Positions 10,091 to 20,852 of a DNA stretch of 64,000 nucleotides are shown here, piece by piece; position 1 is the stretch's first letter, and the number at the start of each line of letters is the position of its first letter. Source of the stretch: Paramoeba atlantica (taxonomy: Eukaryota; Protista; Discosea); contig CDRNVI010000029.1 of the NCBI GenBank assembly GCA_977017575.1, forward strand, positions 434,001 through 498,000, given 5' to 3'. The position numbers and the translations under genes were made by a program. The notes beneath the pieces are model-generated. The model was not told the origin of the DNA. It made no database searches and worked only from the letters and a program-made list of their open reading frames with translations.

Positions 10091-12382
10091 TACCCCCTGA
10101 ATCAGTCTCTCGCCGTAATTGCGCACATAAATGTAAAGACAAAACCAAATGTAAGCATTCATGTTGTCAAAAAGGAGTTCTCCTCAAAGCTGGCGAAATC
10201 GCATACTCTGCCATAAGCTGGACAGCGAAAAATATTCTATTCCTTGCGCTTGGTGATGCCGAACGCGCTGCAGCTTCTTCACAAGCTTCGGAACCGCCCG
10301 CCCCAGTCGTGGCACCCCGCCTACCAGTTCGCACCAACTCCCTGCCCCGCACGAGTCCACTGTCCAGCCCTCTACGACATTTCCCACCAGCCCACGAGAC
10401 GCAACCGGATTCCTCACCTTCTGTACCACGTATAGAATCCGTAGCAGAACCCGCGCTTTTGCCTTTACCTTTACCTTTACCTTCCCCACCAGAAGTAAAT
10501 CGCAGACGCACGATACTGCAGAGAATCCCTCGAGCCCAGCACGCCCCAGCCCCAACCATTCAGCCTATTCGTGACCTGCAGAATCTTCTCGAAACATTTG
10601 ACACAATAACGGGAGGACGAGTTCTGGTACGTTTTACAGAGGAACAGTGGGGCAATATTATTACGAAAATTGAGGAACGTTGCAATTTCTACGTGCACCC
10701 AGCGCGAAACGATGAGGATGCCCTGTCTCAAGCTAAAACATTATCCGCGATCCTCGCCGTAACCGTCTTTGAAGCCGCACGGGAGAGCGACCCGACACAC
10801 GGCTTTCTCCTGCGAACCAGAGCTGGCAGAGCCAGAAGGAACTCACGGCCCTTGGCCATCGAACGTACCACGAAGAGGCTACGCACACATGTTCGTCAAC
10901 TCAAACGTGCACTTACCTTCATGAAGGGGGCCGCGAGAAACAAGCAGCGGGGAGAAATTAAGGAAGTAGGGAAAGCGTTGAAGTTGTACGTGGAGGAAGC
11001 CAATCTACAGAAGAGGGAAATCGATCGACGATGGGCATTAACTCGGTTCCAGAGAAAACCGTGGACAGCTGCGGGCGAATGCCTAGATCGCACTGACCCA
11101 ATCCAGGAACCCGAGACGTCTTACCCTACAGTACCTCTTCAAGAGGTTGAGAACTTCTTCGCGGCATCATTGTCAAAACCTGAAGAGAATCACAGCATAC
11201 CCCCCGTCGAGTTCTTGGGACCACGGCCTGACATCGACATGCCATGGTCGGATATTGACACCGAAATGATAGCATCTGCTGTATCTTCCAAGCGCTCGGG
11301 CGCTGCTCCTGGATCAGACACCGTATCCAACGCTCTGCTCAAGCGTTGTAGCCCTATCTTTGTCCACATCGCTCAAGTATTCAATGATATCCTTAAATTC
11401 GGGGTTTGCCCCCCCACCTGGAAATCTGCCGTAACTCGCCTCATACACAAAGGAGGTCCTACATCAACTATGGAGAATTGGCGACCGATAAGCTTAACTA
11501 GTTGCATAGGGAAACTTTTCAATCCTGAGCCACCGAATCCTTCAACATTCCTTGGATTCTCATGCGCTCGATACATCAGTACAAAAAGGATTTCTACCAC
11601 ACATGAATGGGACCGTCGAGCATACACAAGTCTTATGCGAACTCCTTGAACACCAACGACGTCACAAACGGCAATACTTACTGGCACAGTTCGATATCAA
11701 GAACGCTTTCGGATCTATCCCCCACGCAGTACTGTTACAATCCCTAAAATGGGCCCGTATCTCCCCAATTCTAATTAACTATATCAGCGCGCTGTACAAA
11801 GGAGCACCTATTCAAATCAAATGTGCTGAAGGCCTTACGAAGTCGATCGAGATCGGCCGTGGAGTATTACAAGGAGATACACTGTCGCCGATCTTATTCA
11901 ACTTGGCAATGGAATTGGTTCTTCGCTTCATCCGTTCAAGTTGCCCACAGTACGGAATCACTTGGGATGGAAAGGAAACCTTTCTGAAGGCCTTTGCTGA
12001 CGACCTCAGTATATTCACGAACACACCAAAGGAAATGCAAATTGCCACGAACGTATTGGTCAAAGTTCTAGGCGACATCGGAATGAAATTGAACCCAAAA
12101 CAATGTCCGATTCAACACATGGCAATGACTCAAGACTCAGGCTACATGACAAGACGACCGCAGATAATGATTGAGGCAACACCTATTCCTCAAATATGCG
12201 ATAATGGTCGCACATTCCTGGGTGTGACTCTCGGACCTGGTGCCCAGCATGGTAAAATTCTGTTCCTAAAGCTACGCAATCGACTCCGTACCTGGTTACG
12301 CAACATAGCTTCCAGCGCCCACGACCTACCCGCCCGACTCTGGATATACAACAATACTCTTTTGTTGTCAATTTATGTCTGA
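10078..12382 (+). pseudogene. Reverse transcriptase of the non-LTR element, frameshifted near 11524
   Basis: APGSD, NWRPISLTSCIGKLF, then a frameshift, then QKGFLP, FDIKNAFGSIPH, GVLQGDTLSPILFN, FADDL and GMKLNPKQC. Confidence 0.92.
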
Positions 12383-12434
12383 CTTTTAACCACGTTCTGC
12401 GCCTCCAGCGATGCGCTACAAATGAAATCAGAAA

Positions 12435-13498
12435 ATGGTTAAATGTAGCAAAATCCGCGACAAGCGAACTGTTATACTCCGAGCATGGTTGGAACCTCGT
12501 GAGCTTATCCAAACTGGCTTCTTTCAACCGCGAGCGCCGTGGAACAAATGGAGAAATCACGTGATCCCGATGTCCAGCACGCCCTGCGAGAACGCATCCG
12601 GAGAGAAGAAAACAAGAGAAAAGCGGGGTACTTTGGTCCGCCGACTGACTTACTCGGTTCAACTCACAATAACGTACGACGACTTCTCGACAGTGAATAT
12701 GAGAGGCATCTTTCGGAAGCCGTGCAAAGGCGCACTTCAGTTGCGGGAAGATGGTTCCGCGTAGCGACGGAAGCAGACCTCGCGAGGGACTTCGCTGCCG
12801 CCCTATGAAATCTCAAAAGCGAATCGCTATCACGATTTACGGCTACCGTACTCACAGAAACGCCACTCCCCACTAGAGTGTCTCTCCGCAAATGGGGCGT
12901 ATCGACACACACAAACGACAAGTGTCCCATCTGCGATACTGAAACGCAAACCGCGCGACATATTCTCTCCGGGTGTAGAAAAGCACTCGAGCAAGGACGA
13001 TATACTCTGCGACATAACATGGTGCTACAAGCCCTCGCAAACTCTGTGCAGAAATTCCAAGGGACCAGTCTATATCACTTTGACCTCCCTCACTTTCGTT
13101 CTACCCCTCCGTGGCTCACGGAACTTGACACCGAGCTGCGACCGGATGGGTGGGTGAAACTGTCCAACGGGGAGGAGTATATTATAGAATTGACGTGCCC
13201 CTGGGAGGAAAATTTTGTCTAGGCACACGAACGAAAAACTGCCAAGTACACAAATTTCTACCATTCCCGCAAGCTCACAAACCCGAGCACTTTCCTACTC
13301 GTTTTCGAAGTCGGAGCGAGAGGAAAAATAAGCAGTGCTGGTCGAACTCTGAACACTCTATTTATGGGTAATGATGAGCTGGTGGCTGATTGCCGGCGCA
13401 ATATGACCGTGAAGGCTCTGAGAGGGAGCTTCATAGTGTATCAAAACCGCAATGACAAAAATTGGATGGAGGAGAACGTTCTTGGCGACGCTGAATAG
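12435..13498 (+). pseudogene. C-terminal CCHC and restriction-like endonuclease of the non-LTR element
   Basis: CPICDTETQTARHILSGC, RHNMV, RPDG, IELTCPWEEN, AHERK..KY, FEVGARG and ALRGSFIVYQNRND. In-frame stops at 12806 (TGA) and 13220 (TAG); the final TAG is at 13496-13498. Confidence 0.88.
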
Positions 13499-13580
13499 AA
13501 ACGGGTGACCAAAACGCGTTTTGTGCGCGTTTTCACCATATAAATCTCTGCAGGATTACCTGTATGATACAATATACCTT

Positions 13581-13671
13581 TCCTACCATCACCTTTCCAT
13601 ATACATTGAATATTTTGGAGCCACATGTATGTGGCTCCGGGATTTGGACCGGTAAAAGCAGGGTTATAGGA
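13581..13671 (-). ncRNA. Candidate type-P1 twister ribozyme with a P5 insertion and two core mismatches
   Basis: The minus strand reads TCCTA-TAA-CCCT-GC-TTTTA-CCG-GTCCAAATCC-CGG-A-[41 nt]-AGGT-GA-TGG-TAGGA. P1, P4 and T1 (CCA/TGG) pair; P2 is 3/4 and T2 is 1/2. Confidence 0.6.
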
Positions 13672-14407
13672 GACCGCACCTCACTAGAGGATTTTTTTTC
13701 TAAATATTTTGGACTCAGAGGGGTGATAGGCAAGGAAACGCTCTAGTTTTTGGAGATCTGTTGAATGCCGAAGGAATTGGGTCAAAAGCTCTTACGGTGT
13801 GCTCTATGGTTTGGGAGGCAACCAGTACCTGGACTGTATATCCTTCCTTAGCCACCCAAAATGAGCCTTCCGAAGAAGAGGGTCCATTAGGATGTTCTCA
13901 TGGGGTTCTGAGCAATCAGGAGGGCACCGGGTTAACGCAAAGTAGCTGGGGAAGGTTTTCAACGTCATTTTGTGGCGATTCGCCTGTGAAATGCGAAGTT
14001 GTCTTGGAGAGTCACCATGTGACTGTTAAGGAGCATAAATCGGGCGTGGTCTCTGGCCAGGTAGAAGACTTTCGGTTTCCGGTCATAGGAGTTGAAGTGA
14101 TTCTTCATAGCAAAAGGGAAAGGTTCACAAGCGAATACTGAACAGCAATAAGTTCCTTATACGCGGTGATTGTTTTCCACGTAGAAGTGCCCTGCTGTAA
14201 GTGTGGCTTTTTTTCTGTGAATAACACCTAAAATTAAGGAGGACGAAAATTAAGGAAACTATTTCGTGTCACAAAGGAATCGCCCTTATTTAAAATCTTT
14301 CTTAATTTCAGTTTCTGCTTTCCATACACTCGTTGAATTAGCTTAGTAAGCGAGTTAAATACTCACCGTGTCTCTTTCAATAACTTATTTTTCGATTAAC
14401 ACTTAAA

Positions 14408-15151
14408 ATGAATTACATGCGCTTGCACGGAGCGATTGCAAAAAAATGGACTTGCACGCATTTTCAACGCGAACTGCGTAAGACGGTGTCTTCATCCGCA
14501 TTCTCTGCCCACATGGTTGATAAAATAAGCAAAAGTCTGTCATGTACTGATCCAAACATTTGTCCTGTCTTGTCTCGCAGGCATTCAACAGAGTTATTGC
14601 TGTATCAATGTGTTTGCGGAGTTCGATGTAAAACAGCTAGCCTTCTGAAGCACCATCTTCTTTTACGCCATGCTGTGACCCCTGCACGCCGTGCTGGGCT
14701 GGAAAACACAAAAGAAAAAGGAGAAACGAAATATGTAAACGATGAGAAATTCAATTTAAGTGAAGTGCAAGACATGGAGAATATTCCGCGGGTAGGTAAT
14801 ATACGTCCCAGGGGGGCACAATTTTTGACGGGTATGCGTCTTGAACACATTGTTCTCATAGCTTGTCCGTACTGTAAAATGAAGTTCTCACATCGGAGTG
14901 TCTTGCAGCAGCATGTTATGGGGGTACACGTTCAAGAACTAGAGCTAAAACACCGACAATTGTTGATCTACTCTAGCTCAAAATTTACTTTTCCAAAAAC
15001 CGTTCATATCACCTATAACGAATCTGCTATAAATCATAGGGAAGGATGTCTGGCGTCTGATGCGCTATGTACTTATTCAAGACAAACCGCTGTCCGCCGA
15101 GTGCAGCCGTCGAATTCAAATGCAGATCAATTCGTTTTTACGGAAGTGTAG
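14408..15151 (+). CDS. C2H2 zinc-finger protein
   Basis: CVCGVRCKTASLLKHHLLLRH and CPYCKMKFSHRSVLQQHVMGVH. Confidence 0.7.
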   Translation: MNYMRLHGAIAKKWTCTHFQRELRKTVSSSAFSAHMVDKISKSLSCTDPNICPVLSRRHSTELLLYQCVCGVRCKTASLLKHHLLLRHAVTPARRAGLENTKEKGETKYVNDEKFNLSEVQDMENIPRVGNIRPRGAQFLTGMRLEHIVLIACPYCKMKFSHRSVLQQHVMGVHVQELELKHRQLLIYSSSKFTFPKTVHITYNESAINHREGCLASDALCTYSRQTAVRRVQPSNSNADQFVFTEV

Positions 15152-15348
15152 TTCCCGCGAATATTGAAAGAACTGTATCATCGTAGTCAGGCTTCATGAG
15201 ATATGTTGCGTTGCGCTAAGTTTGTTTCCATTTAACGAAGGTCTCTTTATTTCTACTACATTTTGTACTTTTGTACTGTGCTTTTCTACTATACTACTCG
15301 AGTGCGGTAAAAAAAGTAGCATTTTGTTTTCCATTCGATTCTACTGTT

Positions 15349-15672
15349 ATGAACCTAGAGTTTGGCAGTCGAGAATGGCGGCGTTCAGTTTTGGCCGTCT
15401 ATAAAGCCATATTAGCCACTCATCATTGCGTATTAACCAGTGAACAGAAGGCCTTGGGCGACAGAATGGTTCGTCGGGAATTCCGCTCTCATCGTGGAAT
15501 TAATGACGAAACGCAATCTCGAGTTTTTCTGAAAAGCTGGATAGAGTATTTGAAACATCTTCAGAGTGCGAAGTCGCTTCCTCGAATCGACACCTCTCAA
15601 TTCTCTGACACGCAATTGAGGCAAGTCCAAAAGTTGCGCAGACGAATAATAAAACCCATGGAGGAAAGCTGA
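15349..15672 (+). CDS. SDHAF3: Succinate dehydrogenase assembly factor 3 (ACN9/LYR family)
   Basis: YKAILATH...LGDRMVRREFRSH...FLKSWIEY fits the ACN9 pattern. ATG at 15349. Confidence 0.75.
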   Translation: MNLEFGSREWRRSVLAVYKAILATHHCVLTSEQKALGDRMVRREFRSHRGINDETQSRVFLKSWIEYLKHLQSAKSLPRIDTSQFSDTQLRQVQKLRRRIIKPMEES

Positions 15673-16039
15673 CAATGTTTTACGGTACGCATAGAAGACA
15701 CGTGAGAACAAAGAAATCTTAGTAAAGCGTGATCCTACAGAGTGGGAGTAGGACACTACACAGAGTGACACTACGCAGAGAGTGGAAGTATGGCACTACA
15801 CAGTGAGAGTACACTATCCCCATTCTTAAATCTGGGGTAAACAGTAAAACACTGCTTTTTGAAGATGTGTTCACTATGAAGATGTGTATAATTACTGTAA
15901 TGTAATGCCGAAGTGCATCGAAGAGTAAGTCGCCTTCCGGGGATCCTCTGGCAATGAAATTACTCCAGCGACAGATTACGCGTCTACTCATCATTTGACT
16001 TTGTGCCGCATGATGAGAACTCATTTTACATATGAGAAC

Positions 16040-16668
16040 CATAGCTGTAAAATTGTTAATAATTTTTTCGTTTAATAATTATTATTATTAAAAATTATTA
16101 ATAATTATTAATAAGGTCTTAGTAGGCAGATAGGACATAAAAATACCAACGTCAGAATATTTTATTCCCTCACATTTTTCTTTCTAATTCCGCTTCTTGC
16201 CAAGGAAGAATCCTGGGGGGGATCAACTCAGAAAACTTTGGTTCTTAAGAGAGCTTAGAAATCACGTTTTTTGACTATGTATGATGATGCTTTTTGGCTA
16301 ATGTATCCTAAAAAAATAGATAATAAACGTCTAGTTTTAAAAATGAGAATGCGGCTCTGAATGATCATATCAACATGCAACTCCATTTAAGCTTGGCAGT
16401 ATATACATGAAGACTTCATGGATGTCCATGAAGACCTACATACAGTAGTATGTAGGTCTAACCAAACTTCCAGAATCTTTTAATGTCTCTTACATGACGT
16501 ACGTGCAACGTGCTTCCACTTTATTTGATCTTGTCTGATCTCACCGATGGTATTAACGCGGACCAAAAACCTAAAATGCAAAATTATTAATATTTATTAA
16601 TAATTGACTCTTTCTTTTAGTAATAATTATTAATAATTATTATTAAAAAAATTATTAATACAGCAATG
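16040..16668. mobile_element. AT-rich foldback/MITE-like element
   Basis: CATAGCTGTA plus AATAATT arrays at the left are inverted to AATTATT arrays plus TACAGCAATG at the right. A 20-bp direct repeat ATGATGAGAACTCATTTTAC lies at 16010-16029 and 16666-16685. Confidence 0.55.
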
Positions 16669-16869
16669 ATGAGAACTCATTTTACCAGAAATCTAATTTT
16701 CGCTTCACCTGAAGATACAAGATGTAACTTACCAAAAGGTCAAGAAGCTTTTCCATCGCTACTTTTCCATCGTCATTTCCATCGCTACTTTTCCATCGTA
16801 CACCGTATTCTTTGTGATATCATAAGGCTTTCTTTTTGCATTTTTTTGATTAGCTTTGCTAATTTCGGT

Positions 16870-17814
16870 ATGGTTGGACGAGTTTTGCATTTGAGGCACC
16901 CTTTGTTGGACAAAGGAATACGCAGAATGAATCCTACGTACGGTTCACATGCACCTTGCTTTTTCAAATTTTCAGTGAGGCAAAAAGCGACGTCCACGCG
17001 AGATTATTACTCAACTTTAGGCATTCGAAGGGAAGCGAATCTTGAGGAGATCAAAAAAGCCTATCGAAAACTGGCTTTGAAGCACCACCCTGATGCGAAC
17101 CCAGAAAACAGAAAACAGTCTGAAGAAATTTTTAAGAGCGTGAGTCAAGCTTATCACGTACTTTCAGATCCTACGCAGAGAAAGCAATACGACCTGTCGC
17201 TTAACATAAATACAAGTAAGAGCACTGCCCGAAGCGCAAGTACACCACCTCGCGAACACTCGTCTTATTCATATGAAGCGGCCTCTCCAGAAGATGTTTT
17301 TCGCTCAGTTTTCGGAACTAGCGATTTCGCCCATGTGTTCGACGAAATGAATAAAACCATCTATGGACAAGAGCCATTTCTTTCGACAAAGCACCCTTTT
17401 CGACAACAGTCGCCGTTTCATGACATACCCCAAGAGGAAATAGATGAATTACGGGGTATGTGGCGCACGAAAACTGGGCACTACGTTGCCCCTGATGGAA
17501 CAAATGTGTATTATCGGAGAAGTGTTTTTCATGGCTACGATAATTATCCTTCTGCCCATCGCACCTCAACAAGTGATGCCACAAGAAAGAAAACCTCAAA
17601 TCGTTCATCATCGAACGATAGCGCCGCCTATGCCAACCAAAAGCCGGAACTGGATACATTTCCCTATAAACTCGATTACGCCAGATATTTTTTGCGTGCC
17701 CGACAATTCATAGGAATTACACTTGGAACAGTAATTTTACTAAAGCTTTTGGGGCCACTTTCTAAGGTTCTTCTGTTACTTGGCTTGCTGTTTATAGTTT
17801 CAAATTTATGGTAG
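16870..17814 (+). CDS. DnaJ (J-domain) protein with probable N-terminal targeting sequence and C-terminal hydrophobic segment
   Basis: DYYSTLG...[15 protein letters not shown]...AYHVLSDP. The ORF-track start at 16666 lies inside a repeat, so ATG 16870 is preferred. Confidence 0.85.
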   Translation: MVGRVLHLRHPLLDKGIRRMNPTYGSHAPCFFKFSVRQKATSTRDYYSTLGIRREANLEEIKKAYRKLALKHHPDANPENRKQSEEIFKSVSQAYHVLSDPTQRKQYDLSLNINTSKSTARSASTPPREHSSYSYEAASPEDVFRSVFGTSDFAHVFDEMNKTIYGQEPFLSTKHPFRQQSPFHDIPQEEIDELRGMWRTKTGHYVAPDGTNVYYRRSVFHGYDNYPSAHRTSTSDATRKKTSNRSSSNDSAAYANQKPELDTFPYKLDYARYFLRARQFIGITLGTVILLKLLGPLSKVLLLLGLLFIVSNLW

Positions 17815-18003
17815 GTATTTACATGTGTTGCAATAACGCACACTGCTTCGTGGGGATGGTAGTTATGCAACTGTTCCAGTAACACTACTTCTTACTCCTT
17901 GCAAGAAATACATCTTTAATTATTTTAGCTATTCGAATAGCATGGTGTTCTACACCGTTTTTACTTCGTCTTCTAGAATCCTTTTGTAAATTAATTTATT
18001 TAA

Positions 18004-19926
18004 ATGTCCCTTTGTAGCTCTGCGTCGTCATTGTTCGAATATTACACCAAGGAGCAGCCCATATTTGCTGACGACGTGGATTCTAATAATTTCTTGCGAT
18101 GCGTTCAACTGCCACTTCCCACTACCTTTTGGATTAACGAGATGGACGCGAAAGCCTCCCTTGTTAATGACTTAATAAAAGAATTTCACTCTTTCATCAA
18201 GCCATTGGAGTGGTACCCCAACCCGAAAAAAGCGTGGAGAGTAGCTGCTTCGCGCTCAGAGTTGAAGGAAGATCCTCTTCTTCGGGAATTACACAAAAGA
18301 CTCGTCTTATTTAGTACGTTAGGAGTGATATATCGGCAAGAGGAAGTCAGTATGATACCCGTAGTTCTGTTAAATGTAGAGGGAGGTGAGAAGTGTTTAG
18401 ACATGTGTGCTTCTCCGGGGTCGAAAACAGCTCAAATACTGCACATGATGTGGGAGAGGACACAAAATGCGCAGCAATCCAACTTATCAATGAATTACCA
18501 TTCTTCGGGACTCGTCATCGCTAATGATAATGATCCGCGCAGGGCGAACATGCTCATACACAGGTTGAAGAGACTCCATTGTATGTATCCCTATACTGTG
18601 TTTACGACCCATGACGCAAGACGTTTTCCTCATTTTGACTCTGAACTGAGATTCGATAAAGTTTTATGCGATGTCCCTTGTTCAGGTGATGGTACACTTC
18701 GAAAGAACACGATTATATTCAAGCAATGGTCCCAATCTCGAGCATACATATTGAATCCGACTCAATTTAAAATTGCTGTTCGCGGCGCACAGCTGATGAA
18801 AGTGGGGGGACGTCTCGTGTACAGTACTTGTTCCTTGAATCCAATAGAAAATGAGGCAGTAGTTTATCATTTGCTTCTACACGCCAAAGGAGCGTTGGAG
18901 CTTGTAGAAATGAGGCATCTGCTCTCCAATTTTCGTACAAGAACTGGATTAACCAGGTGGAGCCTACACGCTGAACAGCAGGAAGTAACAGCAGTACGTT
19001 TAAGTGATCTTCCGAACAAGGAAACTGGGACGGGTCAAGGTGGGAAAACAAGTCGTAAGCCGGTACAATATTCTGTTCCAAAAACTGCTTATCCTCCTAC
19101 CGATGATAATGATACCGCTCGCCAGCTACATAAGTGTATACGTGTAGCTCCACACGATCAAGACACTGGTGGCTTCTTTATTGCTGTGCTACACAAACTC
19201 TGTGAACTTCCGGAAACCCCTACTGGGGGTGCAAATGGCGATGTTGAAACCCCACTGCGATCTTATGAGTCGCCTTATTACACCGCGCCACCGTCAACAA
19301 CGACGGCTTTGAGAGAATTTTATGGGCTCAACCTCAATAAAGAGAACAACTGGACTTTCGAAAACTTGTTTTTCCGACATCGTGATGCAGAAAGCGCCTC
19401 GGATCGCAACTCTCAAGAAGGAAATACCATTTATCTTGCTAGCAAGCAAGTGAGTAAATTATTAGCGTGTTCCAACATCCCGTATAATATAGTTAACGCT
19501 GGCTTACGATTGTTTGTGAGGGACAGACAACAAGGTGTAGTTTGTGTGTGGCGACCTTGTAATGAAGGCGCAACGATCATCTATTCCGCGCTTTCGGAGA
19601 TAACGAACAATCGTGTGCTTTCACTGTCTTATCTAGAAGGGGACGAAATTCTGAAATTGACGAATAAAACGATTGCAACGAAGGATATTCGTAACCAAGA
19701 TCTGAGGCAGAAGGTATGGTCCCTTTCTCCAGGGGGGTTGATCCTGTTAATAGAATCAAAGTTCCGGAATAGGCATCCTATTATTGTTGCAGGGTTGCGT
19801 TTGGCAGGAAGTCTACAAATCTGTGCTGAAAGCGCTGAGATTCCGCTCTTGTTGCTTCAATTGGGCGAAACAACACAGAATGAGAAGATAATTCTTAGTG
19901 ATGGATTGAAACAGTTAAGTTTATGA
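18004..19926 (+). CDS. NSUN2: RNA cytosine-C5 methyltransferase (NSUN2/Trm4 family)
   Basis: RQEEVSMIP, LDMCASPGSKT, DVPCSGDGT, YSTCSLNPIENEAVV and PHDQDTGGFF. Confidence 0.93.
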   Translation: MSLCSSASSLFEYYTKEQPIFADDVDSNNFLRCVQLPLPTTFWINEMDAKASLVNDLIKEFHSFIKPLEWYPNPKKAWRVAASRSELKEDPLLRELHKRLVLFSTLGVIYRQEEVSMIPVVLLNVEGGEKCLDMCASPGSKTAQILHMMWERTQNAQQSNLSMNYHSSGLVIANDNDPRRANMLIHRLKRLHCMYPYTVFTTHDARRFPHFDSELRFDKVLCDVPCSGDGTLRKNTIIFKQWSQSRAYILNPTQFKIAVRGAQLMKVGGRLVYSTCSLNPIENEAVVYHLLLHAKGALELVEMRHLLSNFRTRTGLTRWSLHAEQQEVTAVRLSDLPNKETGTGQGGKTSRKPVQYSVPKTAYPPTDDNDTARQLHKCIRVAPHDQDTGGFFIAVLHKLCELPETPTGGANGDVETPLRSYESPYYTAPPSTTTALREFYGLNLNKENNWTFENLFFRHRDAESASDRNSQEGNTIYLASKQVSKLLACSNIPYNIVNAGLRLFVRDRQQGVVCVWRPCNEGATIIYSALSEITNNRVLSLSYLEGDEILKLTNKTIATKDIRNQDLRQKVWSLSPGGLILLIESKFRNRHPIIVAGLRLAGSLQICAESAEIPLLLLQLGETTQNEKIILSDGLKQLSL

Positions 19927-20143
19927 TTATTAGACTGCGAAAAAATGAGCCGCATCGCATTCACTCTATAGAAAATACAAAGCACGATATACATGTATGA
20001 TGTCTTTGACATTCGAGGAACTACTGTGCATCAAGATGGCGGAAAGAGTAAAAACTTAAGATATTTGTATATTGCAGAACTTATATATACTTATATATAC
20101 TGCTTTTTATTCTTTTGTTGTCTTTACCTTCTTTTCGGTTTCA

Positions 20144-20629
20144 ATGGTCAAGTGCACTAAAGTTCGCAAGTCGTTGCAACCAGGGACGGTATGTATTGTT
20201 CTCGCCGGTCCATACAGGGGGAGGCGCGTCGTAAATTTGGGTCCTGTGGGTACTCAAGGCCTGATTGCTGTTACCGGACCCTTTAAGCTTAACGGTGTAC
20301 CCTTGCGGCGTGTTGATCCGGCTTACGTAATTGCTACATCCACAAAAGTCGATATCTCAAACGTGGACTGTACCGAAGTGGAAAATAAACTTTTTGGGAA
20401 GGCGAAAAAGGCTATGCGAAAGCGGTCCGAGAAGCAGTTTCTGAAGATGAAGGAGTCAACAAAAGTGGCGGATGAAATGAAAGCCATGTTTGATGTGCGC
20501 AAGAAGCTTCAAATAAAGATTGATGAAAGTATTCTTAAGAATTTGTCGAAGACTCCGAGTATGGCCAAATATATTGCATCACGTTTCACTCTTCGGCGAA
20601 ATGAAGCTCCGCACAAGATGAAGTTTTAA
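20144..20629 (+). CDS. RPL6: 60S ribosomal protein L6 (eL6)
   Basis: RKSLQPGTVCIVLAGPYRGRRVV, VTGPFKLNGVPLRRV, VIATSTKVD and PHKMKF. ATG at 20144. Confidence 0.95.
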   Translation: MVKCTKVRKSLQPGTVCIVLAGPYRGRRVVNLGPVGTQGLIAVTGPFKLNGVPLRRVDPAYVIATSTKVDISNVDCTEVENKLFGKAKKAMRKRSEKQFLKMKESTKVADEMKAMFDVRKKLQIKIDESILKNLSKTPSMAKYIASRFTLRRNEAPHKMKF

Positions 20630-20852
20630 GAGAAAGTTGTAGGTTGGGCATGACAGTAAGCAATAAAGCCATTAATCAGTATAATTAGATTCCTTAAGAT
20701 TAGCTAAAAAATACATGCTTCTGACATAATTCTGAATTAACCGAAAACAAGCACAACTTTAATTCGCGAGAAAATCAACTCATGAGCGAAAATAATTTTG
20801 TTTCTACTACTGATAATCATATGTATATTCAATACTAATAATTTTACTCAGC

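Larger units (their letters stand above)
7740..13500 (+). mobile_element. Degenerate non-LTR retrotransposon, R2 group (Hero/NeSL-like) with C-terminal RLE, interrupted by a Tc1 element
   Basis: Contains N-terminal Cys/His repeats, an RT domain, a CCHC knuckle and a PD..E..K nuclease. Outer boundaries are approximate. Confidence 0.8.

Noticed and set aside
5909-13222. In-frame TAG/TGA in transposon ORFs as evidence of stop-codon reassignment (Blastocrithidia-like)
   Set aside because: Host genes have no internal stops and terminate with all three codons (TRM1 TAG, NSUN2 TGA, RPL6 TAA). The same elements also carry frameshifts.
13700-14200. Minus-strand coding remnant upstream of the twister candidate (zinc-finger-like or RNase H-like words)
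   Set aside because: Different frames give conflicting weak motifs, so it cannot be assigned without a search.
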